64,000 nucleotides of DNA from Candidatus Hydrogenedentota bacterium (lineage in GTDB: Bacteria; Hydrogenedentota; Hydrogenedentia; Hydrogenedentales; SLHB01): contig CAVUWV010000036.1 in NCBI GenBank assembly GCA_963745075.1, positions 256,001-320,000 on the forward strand. The letters run 5' to 3'. The notes beneath the pieces are model-generated. The model searched no databases. It was given only the letters and a program-made list of their open reading frames with translations, and had not been told where the DNA came from. Position numbers and translations under genes: made by a program. This document shows positions 21,040 through 29,795 of the stretch, piece after piece. The number at the start of each line of letters is the position of its first letter. Position 1 is the stretch's first letter.

Positions 21040-21099
21040 TGTTTAGCATAGCAAACTTATGTTTTACGAATTATATTCCGCGTCTACCATACCTGTCAA
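21040..21099 (-). promoter_or_regulatory. Consensus sigma70 promoter plus candidate DtxR-type operator
   Basis: TTGACA (21094-99)-N18-TATAAT (21070-75) on minus strand; imperfect dyad GTTTAGCATAGCAAAC 21041-21056 in the leader. Confidence 0.75.
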
Positions 21100-21266
21100 G
21101 GCAATTCCGGCAAGAAGTTATACCCGGCGAGGACGATTCGCAAAGCGAGACCTTCTAAGTGGTAAATTAAATGCCGTGAATCGTGCCTCTTTTCGCGAAT
21201 CCAATAACGCAATTCCGCTCTAAACACTTACTATAAAATATCTTACAAATCAATGCCGCTTGATTA

Positions 21267-22121
21267 CTACTTCCCACGCTCTCGCAGGGCTCGTTCCAGC
21301 AGGTCGATGTCTTCCCGAATCATGTTGCGGTCGTCTTTGGTGAAGATCCCGACACAAACGGCATCCCCCGGACGGTACGTATCGGCCACGTACGCGAAGG
21401 CTTCGGCGGGATTGTTTCGCCCGGCCGCGAGCACCTTGTAATGAATTGCCGGCGCCGGGAGTTCCTGGATCAACGCGCACATGGCCTCGCGATGTTCGGA
21501 ACCGTAATATTCTTCCTCGTCGTAGTTCCGATGCGATTGCTGGGTTCGGTCGTCGGGGTTGTAGTAGCTGGTCATGAAGAAGTCCAACTCGAGATGCTCC
21601 GCAGCCCAACGGACCGTTTCGGTGCGATGTCCCGCCGCGCCCACCGCCATGCCGTGGTCTTTAATCATCTGGACGGCGTCGAAGATATCCGCGGTCTCGT
21701 CGTTGGCGACGCGATAATCCATTTCTCCGCCATGGATGAAGCAGCACTGGGCGCGGCCGTGAATCGCATTGTCCACGCCGTGCCGGATCGTGCCCACACC
21801 GGGGCAGGTCTGTGCGATCCAGGTCAGGCTGCCACCGTCGTTCCAGTGCTCGCGCAGGGCGCGCATGATGAATTCGTCGGCCCGTCCCAGATGCGCGGTG
21901 ACCCCGGCTTCTTCGGCCAGCCGGTAACACTCCTTCACGCGCTCCATCGTGTACCAGTTGCGCATTTCCTCGTCGCGTTCGCGCGTTTGATGGGCGTAGC
22001 CGCCAAAGGGATTCCCGCCAAGGATAAAACGGCTCACCGAAACGCCGCCCAGGGTGATCTCTTCGGGACGCAGTTCGGTCGCCGGATCGGTTGCGATTGC
22101 GGAAGCTTGCGCTGCGGGCAT
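21267..22121 (-). CDS. Hypothetical protein, aldo/keto-reductase-like barrel
   Basis: LGGVSVSRFILGGNPF, YKVLAAGR; AAGGAG before ATG 22121. Confidence 0.7.
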   Translation of the reverse strand: MPAAQASAIATDPATELRPEEITLGGVSVSRFILGGNPFGGYAHQTRERDEEMRNWYTMERVKECYRLAEEAGVTAHLGRADEFIMRALREHWNDGGSLTWIAQTCPGVGTIRHGVDNAIHGRAQCCFIHGGEMDYRVANDETADIFDAVQMIKDHGMAVGAAGHRTETVRWAAEHLELDFFMTSYYNPDDRTQQSHRNYDEEEYYGSEHREAMCALIQELPAPAIHYKVLAAGRNNPAEAFAYVADTYRPGDAVCVGIFTKDDRNMIREDIDLLERALRERGK

Positions 22122-22181
22122 CGGTGGTCTCCTTAGCCGGTTATGATTCATACGCCCGTTACGGACGGATTAATCAGCTTA

Positions 22182-23021
22182 TCACGATTTCACGGCTGTG
22201 AACAGCCCATAGCGCATGGCGCCCACGTAATACGCCACCCAGATTCGGAAGATGGTGATTCCGAAAACCCGGTTCGGGCCGTTAAAGAGAAAGTGCCACG
22301 CTTCCCGGTCGTGCAACAGCCGCTTCGCCATGCGCCCGACGATGATGGGCCAGGTCTTGCGCACGTTCCGGCTGAGATCGCGGAAGGTGATATCGGTGAA
22401 TCCCGATTCCCACATCATCTGACGGTAGTCTTCTTCATTCCCCATGCTCGGGAGTCGGCCTTCGCGGCAGATGGGTTCCAATAACCATCGGAATTGGCGG
22501 TCGGTGGGATTGTCGCAGGCCAACCAGGCGTACACGCCGAACCGGCCGCCGGGTTTCAGCACCCGGTTCACCTCGGCGAAGAAACCGGGTTTGTCCTCCA
22601 TGTGTTCGGAACTCTCGATGGAAATCGCCACGTCCACCGACGCGTCGGGCAGGCCGTTCTCGAACCAGTTTTGTAGCCGGTATTGGGGATTGCCGGTGTC
22701 CCCCGTCTTCGCCACGGCGTACTCGTACTGTTCCTTCGAGAGGGTGTAGCCGGTGACGTTGGCGCCGAAGCCCTTCGCCAGAATACGCGCCGTTCCGCCG
22801 TAGCCGCAACCAATGTCAACAACCGTGCTGCCGCTCGTGACGCCCGTTTCCCGGGCGATGAGTTGGGTCAACTGTTGCACCGCGAGTTCCGCGCTTTCGC
22901 TGCCCGTTTCCCAGAGTCCGTGATGCACGTGTTCGCCCCAGATTTCGAGATACCACTTGCTCAGGTCATCATAATGGTCGGCGACGTGCTGGTGCTTCTG
23001 GTCTTCGCGGGGATAAATCAC
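22182..23021 (-). CDS. Class I SAM methyltransferase (tocopherol/sterol MT-like)
   Basis: HYD..S..Y..IWGEHVHHG, VVDIGCGYGG, SIESSEHM, RVLKPGG. Confidence 0.9.
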   Translation of the reverse strand: MIYPREDQKHQHVADHYDDLSKWYLEIWGEHVHHGLWETGSESAELAVQQLTQLIARETGVTSGSTVVDIGCGYGGTARILAKGFGANVTGYTLSKEQYEYAVAKTGDTGNPQYRLQNWFENGLPDASVDVAISIESSEHMEDKPGFFAEVNRVLKPGGRFGVYAWLACDNPTDRQFRWLLEPICREGRLPSMGNEEDYRQMMWESGFTDITFRDLSRNVRKTWPIIVGRMAKRLLHDREAWHFLFNGPNRVFGITIFRIWVAYYVGAMRYGLFTAVKS

Positions 23022-23147
23022 GCATATACCTCAAACCGTTTCAGCCCTGGGAATCCGGCGCGATTGCGCCTCGTCCGGCCGGTTGTTATCATTCGCAGCA
23101 GTGGTTCCGGTTTCAACTCAGGGTCCTGAATCGAGGAGAGCAATAGG

Positions 23148-23300
23148 ATGTGGACGTACTACCTGTTCATGGCCCTGATGGTGATCACCTTGATCTTGTG
23201 GGCGGTTATCGCGTTGCGCGACGACACCCGCGAAAACGGCGACCAACCCGAACCCCGCAAAGATTCCGGCGCGAAGAAGTCCGGCCACGCGCACGACTGA
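23148..23300 (+). CDS. Small single-TM protein (50 aa, not in ORF track)
   Basis: GAGGAG RBS; MWTYYLFMALMVITLILWAVIALRDD...GHAHD. Confidence 0.65.
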   Translation: MWTYYLFMALMVITLILWAVIALRDDTRENGDQPEPRKDSGAKKSGHAHD

Positions 23301-23306
23301 GACACC

Positions 23307-23681
23307 TTACTCCGCCTCGTCCTCTTCCGGTCCGCCGGTCCGATTCACCCCCAGCGAACGCAGAAACCCGTCGATGTCGATTTCCGCATCCGTTTCGCCC
23401 ATCTCGGGATGAAACCGCAGGGGATCGCGAAGGTACGCGCGCTGGCACAGGGGACAGAGATCCAACGTGAAACTCTTGTAGACCGATTCCTCCAACTCCG
23501 TGGGGTCTTTGTCTTTCAGCCGCTCGATGAGCGACAGGATCTCCGCCCGGTGGTCGCGGACGAGGTCGGCCAGATGGATTTCCATCTCGTCATACGCCGC
23601 GCGCACATCGATCTTCACGGTATACCGGAGATCGCCCTTCCGCATCTCCTTCCCGCACCCGTCGCAGCGATGAACGATCAT
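23307..23681 (-). CDS. Hypothetical protein with two CxxC pairs
   Basis: CDGC ... DLCPLC; AGGAAGG RBS. Confidence 0.75.
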   Translation of the reverse strand: MIVHRCDGCGKEMRKGDLRYTVKIDVRAAYDEMEIHLADLVRDHRAEILSLIERLKDKDPTELEESVYKSFTLDLCPLCQRAYLRDPLRFHPEMGETDAEIDIDGFLRSLGVNRTGGPEEDEAE

Positions 23682-23900
23682 GGCGATAATTCCTTCCTGT
23701 GAACGCTCCTTCTAAGTATACCAAAGTGCCGCCAAACCCGCCCTAAGTCCTTGCCAGATGTTGCGCGTTTGGGCACGGCCTCCCGTCCATCCCGTCCATA
23801 AAAGTCCATACCGTCCATCACCCCGAACCGCCCAACCCCTGCGCATGAAAGTAGAAATAGTCGGGAACCGTATGCTAATCTATGCCTTCGATTACCCCAT

Positions 23901-23977
23901 GCCGGTGTAGCTCAGTTGGTTAGAGCAGTGGAATCATAATCCACGTGTCCGCGGTTCGAATCCGTGCACCGGCACCA
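23901..23977 (+). tRNA. tRNA-Met(CAT), probably elongator
   Basis: Cloverleaf: GCCGGTG/CACCGGC acceptor, GTGGA-ATCATAA-TCCAC anticodon arm, TTCGAAT T-loop, encoded CCA. Confidence 0.93.
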
Positions 23978-23988
23978 TGTATATCGCC

Positions 23989-24033
23989 AACGGTCGGCAG
24001 CTTGCGCAATGCAGGCGCCGGCCGTTTTTGTTT
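23989..24033 (+). terminator. Terminator after tRNA
   Basis: AACGGTCGGC...GCCGGCCGTT stem followed by TTTGTTT. Confidence 0.6.
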
Positions 24034-24183
24034 CCGGGGGGGCTTTGGTGTTGAAGCGGAGGTCAAGGGCTTTCCTTCGTACGGGAGGTTTAACCGGGTG
24101 CTGTTGCCGTAGTCGCGCTGGGTGACGCGCGGGCCAACACGGACAGACACGGGCTGACACGATTGGATGCGATGGACACGGGG

Positions 24184-25608
24184 CTACTCCGGGGTGGCTT
24201 CTGAGTTGGATTGGGGGTTGGCGGATCGACCGGTGTAGATGGCTTCGGCGTGGGCTCGTTGGGGGGAGCCAATGGGGTAGGCCTCGGGGGGGACTTTGCC
24301 GGTTCGGACGGCTTCCATGTAGTTCTTGAGGAGTTGGGCGGATTCGGGGGACAGGTCCACCTGGTTGTGGGCTTGGAGTGTTGCGGGATCTCCTTGTTCG
24401 TCGTCGGGTAGGGGTGGCAAGTGGAGGTGGCCGAGGATGGCTTCGGCGAGTTCTTGGGAGACGGATTGTTTGGCGGGGCGGTAGCTGGCTAAGACGTGGT
24501 CGCGTTCGGACTTGGCGAATTCTTCGTCGATGCGGCCGGCTTCGTCGAAGGCTTCGCACATTTCGATGTCGCGGCCTTGGCCTCCGGCGAGGGTGGCGCG
24601 TTGGATGTAGGCTTTGGCGTGGGTCTCGGGGGTTTGGGGCGGGAGTTGGGCGTCGGCGATGGAATCGGGGTCGAGGCCGGTGTCGTGTTGGGCGCGTTGG
24701 GCGTGGCGGAGGATGCCATCGGGTGAGGGGGGTGTACCCGCGGAATTGTGACGATTCAAGGGGGGGTGCGCCGGCGCGTGGAGGAGTTTGAGGGTGGCGC
24801 GGTATTCGCGCATTAGGCGGGTGAAAGCTAGGATGGTGTTGGAGTTAGGTGCTTGGTTTAGGTCTTCGGAAGAACACGGTTCCGGAGATGAAGAACACGG
24901 GCGGGACGCCCGTGCCCCAGGGGGGGAAGCCCATACTTCCGGGGCTTGGGCCAAGTGGGTGGTGGCGGCGTTGACGAGGACTTGGAGCATGGCGACGTTG
25001 TGGGCGGTGTGGATGCCCATGGGGTTGGGGTGAGGCTGGGATTCGACGATGGCGAGGGCGTCGGTTAGGACGGTGTTGTATTCGGATAATTGATAGACGC
25101 ACGTTGGCGGGGACTGCGGGGGCGCGGCGGTGGAAGGTTGGGAAGAATCGGACGGATCGGACCGATCGGTCGGATCGGAAAAGTCTGAAGATGGGTCCCC
25201 GCTTTCGCGGGGATGACGATTTGGGTGGGGAGTTGGGTCGCCGTGTTCCCCGCGGTCACGAAGACGAGGATGACGAGCATTATGGGGCGCGGTGCGGTTG
25301 GCGATGGGACAATTCTCCCAGTGGGGGCAGTTGGGGGTGCAGGTTCGTAGGCGGCGGGAGTAGAGGCCGTGGATGTGGGCGTTGCGGTTGCCGGGGGGTG
25401 CGCCGGTGAGGTCGAAGCCGCCGTGGAAGTGGCAGCGTCCGGAGGGGTGGCCGGAGGTGTTGCAGCAGGGCGTGGCGTCGGGTAGGCGGGCGCCGCAGAT
25501 GGGGTGGTTGCGTTCGGATTCTTTGGCGTTGACGGTGGCGATCCAGTCTTTGGTCCAGGAGCGGGCGCAGGGGGTGCCGGAATTCGTGTGTTTGGGTTTG
25601 GTTGGCAT
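24184..25608 (-). CDS. HGGxSTG-domain protein with in-frame repeat insertions
   Basis: CGAR...PC......GRCHFHGG...TGAPPGNRNAHIHGLYS; AAGGA before ATG. Confidence 0.65.
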   Translation of the reverse strand: MPTKPKHTNSGTPCARSWTKDWIATVNAKESERNHPICGARLPDATPCCNTSGHPSGRCHFHGGFDLTGAPPGNRNAHIHGLYSRRLRTCTPNCPHWENCPIANRTAPHNARHPRLRDRGEHGDPTPHPNRHPRESGDPSSDFSDPTDRSDPSDSSQPSTAAPPQSPPTCVYQLSEYNTVLTDALAIVESQPHPNPMGIHTAHNVAMLQVLVNAATTHLAQAPEVWASPPGARASRPCSSSPEPCSSEDLNQAPNSNTILAFTRLMREYRATLKLLHAPAHPPLNRHNSAGTPPSPDGILRHAQRAQHDTGLDPDSIADAQLPPQTPETHAKAYIQRATLAGGQGRDIEMCEAFDEAGRIDEEFAKSERDHVLASYRPAKQSVSQELAEAILGHLHLPPLPDDEQGDPATLQAHNQVDLSPESAQLLKNYMEAVRTGKVPPEAYPIGSPQRAHAEAIYTGRSANPQSNSEATPE

Positions 25609-25715
25609 GGGTGGATTCCTTCTTATAAAGGTAGGCAGAAATCTCCTTATAGATATTGCACGGGGGGTTGCAGTTGGGAGTCCGGAGTCCGGAGGCTAGA
25701 GCCCGAGGCGGGATT

Positions 25716-26266
25716 AAACAATGGAACGCGGATTGGACGGATGCAGCGGATTTTCACAGATCCTTCCAATTCTTATCCGCGACGATCCGTAGGATCCGCG
25801 TCATCCGCGTTCCATTGTTCGTCTTTCTAACCGCGCAACGATCTGGGATAGTGAACCACGGAGTCTGGAGGAATTGACCGGGCCGGCGGCTTAGGGGAGC
25901 ACGGATGTCTCGCCTGGGAAACAATAGACCGCGAATTGGACGGATGCAGCGGATTTTCACGGATCCTTCCAATTCTTATCCGCGACGATCCGTAGGATCC
26001 GCGTTATCCGCGTTCCATTGTTCGTCTTTCTAACCGCGCAACGATCTGGGATAGTGAACCACGGAGTCTGGAGGAATTGACCGGGCCGGCGGCTTAGGGG
26101 AGCACGGGCGTCTCGCCTGGGAAACAATAGACCGCGGATTGGACGGATGCAGCGGATTTTCACGGATCCTTCCAATTCTTATCCGCGACGATCCGTAGGA
26201 TCCGCGTCATCCGCGTTCCATTGTTCGTCTTTCTAACCGCGCAACGATCTGGGATAGTGAACCACG
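25716..26266. repeat. Tandem array, 203-bp unit, about 2.7 copies
   Basis: Units start AAACAAT at 25716, 25919, 26122; near-identical. Confidence 0.97.
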
Positions 26267-26343
26267 AAGTACACGAAATCCACGAAGGAATGCGAGAGCT
26301 GTGCAGCACGGACCCTTCGTGACCTTCGTACTCTTCGTGGTGA
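26260..26343. repeat. REP-like inverted pair (CACGAA/TTCGTG trimers)
   Basis: AACCACGAAGTACACGAAATCCACGAA ... TTCGTGACCTTCGTACTCTTCGTGGT. Confidence 0.75.
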
Positions 26344-26571
26344 AAGACTCTTTCTGCGGCCTCGGGGCTCGAGACTTGAGTCTTCGTCCCATTCCATGAT
26401 CGGATAGCCTCGACAGAACTATGCATGGGCTACTATAATGGAGAAGCGCAAATCGGAGTCGTTTCAGAAGAAAAGGAGACCTCAGGCGCTGAGGGCTAGT
26501 TCTCAAGCGACGCGGGAGTGTGGCGCGCGGCCAAGAACGCGGGGACATTTTGCGCAGAAAGGTAGACCCTC

Positions 26572-26748
26572 ATGAATCCTGATCCGGAATACTGGCATAA
26601 CAAGGGCGAGCAAGATTATCCTGACAATTGGGATCCACCCATTGACGGATTTCGATCAATGCTGACAATCTACGACGACGATGATGTCGTGAACATGGAG
26701 GCTTACAAGGAAGGCTGGGAAAACGCGCGCAGCCAAGCCAGTGATTGA
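26572..26748 (+). CDS. Small acidic protein (58 aa, not in ORF track)
   Basis: MNPDPEYWHNKGEQDYPDNWDPP...AYKEGWENARSQASD; AAAGGT RBS; stop abuts next ATG. Confidence 0.75.
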   Translation: MNPDPEYWHNKGEQDYPDNWDPPIDGFRSMLTIYDDDDVVNMEAYKEGWENARSQASD

Positions 26749-27318
26749 ATGGCTACGAAATTCAAAAGTCTGCCTGGCAGAGTGTTCCTGGATACGTCCG
26801 TAATTAACTTGTGGTTGGACTTCGGAGATAGTATCCATGATGCTGCGCCTCTGCATTCTGATGTGCCAGACCGCGTGGCGGCTGATGTGGAAGCTCTTAG
26901 AAAGATCGCACTGACAGGGAGCCGTGCGCAGTGGCAACTCGCGGTTTCGCCGTTGACTTACTTGGAAATCGCGGCTACAGGGCTTCCGCAGAAAGCGAAT
27001 GAACTAACGTCTTGGTTCTGGGAAATCTGGACATATTGGCGCGAGTTTCTGTCAACGGATCTGGAACTCCCCTCTTTCAGCGAAGCGGAGACGATTAGAC
27101 TACATATTCTCAGTTCAACTGGCGTATGTGATCTCGTTGACCAAAATGACCGGGTACTTCTGACCGACGCAGTCGTCTATGGGTGCGAACTATTCTGTAC
27201 GAGCGATTGGTCGACTATCTTGCGGCATAGGGACAAGTTGACGGACTATCCGATTCCAATCGTTACCCCCGTGGGGTGGTGGAACAGGATACAACCGTGG
27301 GCGGCGATTTGGGTCTAG
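26749..27318 (+). CDS. PIN-domain protein (putative RNase)
   Basis: VFLDTSVI, TYLEI, NDRVLLTDA, FCTSD acidic pattern of PIN fold. Confidence 0.75.
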   Translation: MATKFKSLPGRVFLDTSVINLWLDFGDSIHDAAPLHSDVPDRVAADVEALRKIALTGSRAQWQLAVSPLTYLEIAATGLPQKANELTSWFWEIWTYWREFLSTDLELPSFSEAETIRLHILSSTGVCDLVDQNDRVLLTDAVVYGCELFCTSDWSTILRHRDKLTDYPIPIVTPVGWWNRIQPWAAIWV

Positions 27319-27503
27319 TTAGCCAAACCTCATATGCTTTTCAATTGGCTTCTTGGGCGGTCGCTTGAATCCACGACACTCTGACGTTCCACAAACCTGT
27401 CCAGATCGGAATGAGGATAAATGCTGTCCTTTCCCGAAATCGCGCCTGGTGCTTTGTGCTAATATGTCGGTCGTATTTGATCGGTCACAACGCGGAATTG
27501 ACG

Positions 27504-28277
27504 ATGTTAATTTCCGAAAATCACGAGCTAGGGCAGAATGCTTCTCGACAGATCTTGGATCTATTTGTTTCACCGGAAGTTGAAAGGAGACAGGAAGCTG
27601 GTGAGTTGCCACGTCCGCTGGCCTTGGAAGCCGCCCAAGTAATTTTCTTCCCAGACGGTCGAGCGCCTGAGGTTCGAGTCAACTCCGAAGTGCGAATTTC
27701 CGTAGGAATAGCGTTTAAGCCAGGCGTCGAAAAGAGGCCCGGAGATCGCATACTCGCTGAAGAAATTGAGAGAATTACGGACTGCAAGCTACCGATTGGT
27801 GACTATCCAGACTGCGGACACGCTACACTTTTCAACATCGATGGCAGGTGGACTCTCGCGTTCGATTTCATAACGAATAAGGATACGGCCAGAAAGCTGC
27901 TGGAAGTCGCGGATGAATTCATTCAGGCGGCGAAATACTCCGTCGCGAAGAATAACATGTGCGCGTTTGTGGACGCTCTATATAGTAACGTTGAACTCAC
28001 CGCAAAGAGTATTCTTCTTACCAAGGTTGGCGACGCAGGATTGCGTGAAAAGACGAGTCATAAAGCAATCCAGCAGCGATATAATCTCCATACGCGACAT
28101 GGACTGATCACAGCCCCACACGCCGAATTGTTGAATAGGCTCGCAGAACTTCGCAGAAAAGCACGATACCTCGACAAGCCGTTCGTCCTGACATGCGACG
28201 AAGGTGAGCAGATGCTCCACTTGGCCGAGGAGATGCTCCGAGAAGCCCGCGTTTTGGCAAACGGTACCCTGCCATGA
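27504..28277 (+). CDS. HEPN-domain protein with unknown N-terminal domain (start 27504 or 27411)
   Basis: LYSNVELTAKSIL, SHK, LRRKARY C-terminal HEPN pattern. Confidence 0.75.
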   Translation: MLISENHELGQNASRQILDLFVSPEVERRQEAGELPRPLALEAAQVIFFPDGRAPEVRVNSEVRISVGIAFKPGVEKRPGDRILAEEIERITDCKLPIGDYPDCGHATLFNIDGRWTLAFDFITNKDTARKLLEVADEFIQAAKYSVAKNNMCAFVDALYSNVELTAKSILLTKVGDAGLREKTSHKAIQQRYNLHTRHGLITAPHAELLNRLAELRRKARYLDKPFVLTCDEGEQMLHLAEEMLREARVLANGTLP

Positions 28278-28323
28278 CACGTCACATAGGGTAACGTTAA
28301 TAAGCGTCAAGCAAGCCTAGCGA

Positions 28324-28506
28324 CTAAACTCGTTGTTCTCTCTCGAGCTTCAAGACGCGATGGGCCAGCCGTGCCGCTTCTATCAACTCATCCCGAGTCT
28401 GCCAGTCAAGAGTCGATTTGTACACAACGTCTCGCATCATGTCCTCGACTGCTTCGACATCGGCGTTAGGACATTCGGTTGCTTCTTGAATCAGTCGCTT
28501 CCACAT
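28324..28506 (-). CDS. Small helical hypothetical protein (60 aa)
   Basis: GAGGTG RBS; MWKRLIQEAT...STLDWQTRDELIEAARLA; overlaps upstream gene by 16 bp. Confidence 0.65.
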   Translation of the reverse strand: MWKRLIQEATECPNADVEAVEDMMRDVVYKSTLDWQTRDELIEAARLAHRVLKLEREQRV

Positions 28507-29369
28507 AAGAACCACCTCATCTGCCGAAGGTCTATCACGCCCTGTCGCTTTAGATGCGCTTGCGCCGTCCGAACTTTGTGTTTCCACTTCTTTCCGAATG
28601 CTTGGCCATTGATTATAAGTTCGCGAGAGTCGTCGCAAAGATCGGGGAATAGCCGCTGTACTCGCGCATGAATTTCGGGAGTTGTCAGTGGTCCAGATTG
28701 CAGAACGTATTCGATCGCCTGTGAAAACAGACTGTGGGCAGAACGTTGCCCAACCTGCGCCGTTAGAAACTCTTCCTCGGTATCCCTCAATGCATCACCG
28801 AGCTTCTTTCGAACGCGTCGGTCGTAATCCCGCTTTTCCTGGTCGAACTCACTCCGGACCGCCGCTGCGGCAGATTCTAGTCGCTCCAAATGGGCTCGCG
28901 ACATCGCACTGCCAAGGCTCGCGTATTGTTCCATGTCGGTGCGGATTCTTGCCACGTCGGCACCCGTCGTGATCCCAATCCCGTATTCATAATTTAGATC
29001 CAGGCCGGAGGTAGTTAAATTTCCGGATGTAACCAGTGCAAAGTCGCTATCCGCGAGATAGACCTTGGCGTGTAGGCGCGGCAGGTTTGTAACAGTGTTA
29101 GATGGCGAGAAATCCAATATTGCCGTGAGGCCAGAAATCTCGAGCGATCCTGCGAGCACATGATCAAGTCGAATTTCAGTTAACAGACGTAGGCGACTGC
29201 TAGCTGAGTCGTGCTCTGAAAGCCGCGACAAGATCCAGTCGATCTCTGATGCCGTGATGAACGGACAAGCTACGAGAATGTCTTGATGAGGCGCCTTAAA
29301 TAGGTCGACGAGGCCGTTTCTTGTAGGGGAGGGATAGAAGTGAATCCCCGGACTTGTCATTGGCTGCAT
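28491..29369 (-). CDS. PLD-family nuclease with C-terminal winged-helix domain
   Basis: HAKVYLAD (HxKx4D), TSGNLT, NYEYG; C-terminal GPLTTPEIH...KWKHKVRTAQAHLKRQG. Confidence 0.85.
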   Translation of the reverse strand: MQPMTSPGIHFYPSPTRNGLVDLFKAPHQDILVACPFITASEIDWILSRLSEHDSASSRLRLLTEIRLDHVLAGSLEISGLTAILDFSPSNTVTNLPRLHAKVYLADSDFALVTSGNLTTSGLDLNYEYGIGITTGADVARIRTDMEQYASLGSAMSRAHLERLESAAAAVRSEFDQEKRDYDRRVRKKLGDALRDTEEEFLTAQVGQRSAHSLFSQAIEYVLQSGPLTTPEIHARVQRLFPDLCDDSRELIINGQAFGKKWKHKVRTAQAHLKRQGVIDLRQMRWFLCGSD

Positions 29370-29676
29370 CTCACGAGGTTCCTGCGACCGACTTAGATTA
29401 CGGAACCGATTTCCAACTCGAATACGCTAATTGCGCACCGGATTCCTCCTCAACGCTCCGTGGTAGTTACATCCGTGAACGCGCTTTCAATTGCGGATAC
29501 AATCTGCGCCGCCGATAACGCTGGCATGTCAAGTTCTTATCCTGTCGCTGCCGTCGAAAACCGTCGAGGGAAGTAATCCCCCAGATATGGGGATCATCCA
29601 CGATGCCTCAGTATAATGGGAGTGTACAAGAACGGAACGAGCAAGGCAATTTGCTCAGGCTGGCTTTCACCTTCCC

Positions 29677-29795
29677 CGTCTTGTGCCCGCGTGGCACGGT
29701 CGGCTATGGTCTCGGGCATGGGGTCGAAGGCGCTGACACTTTGCACGTGCTTCCAGGCGGGGGTCGTGATGTTCGGACTGGTCGCGTTCGTGGCG
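29677..29795 (+). repeat. Diverged direct duplicate of 31304-31425 (promoter + 5' coding region)
   Basis: Shared CGTCTTGTGCCC, GGCTATGGTCTC.GGCATG, GTCGAAGGCGCTGACA, TCGCGTTCGTGGCG. Confidence 0.9.

Noticed and set aside
25716..26266. CRISPR array
   Set aside because: Units are 203 bp and near-identical, with no unique spacers; no cas genes in the window
25754..26426. Repeated 72-88 aa ORFs in the tandem array
   Set aside because: They are translations of REP-like DNA; the unit length is not a multiple of 3 and there is no independent coding evidence
23960..29600. attR copy of the tRNA 3' end or an integrase defining the island
   Set aside because: No direct repeat of the tRNA end found by eye; the weak match near 29435 is short and inverted; no integrase ORF
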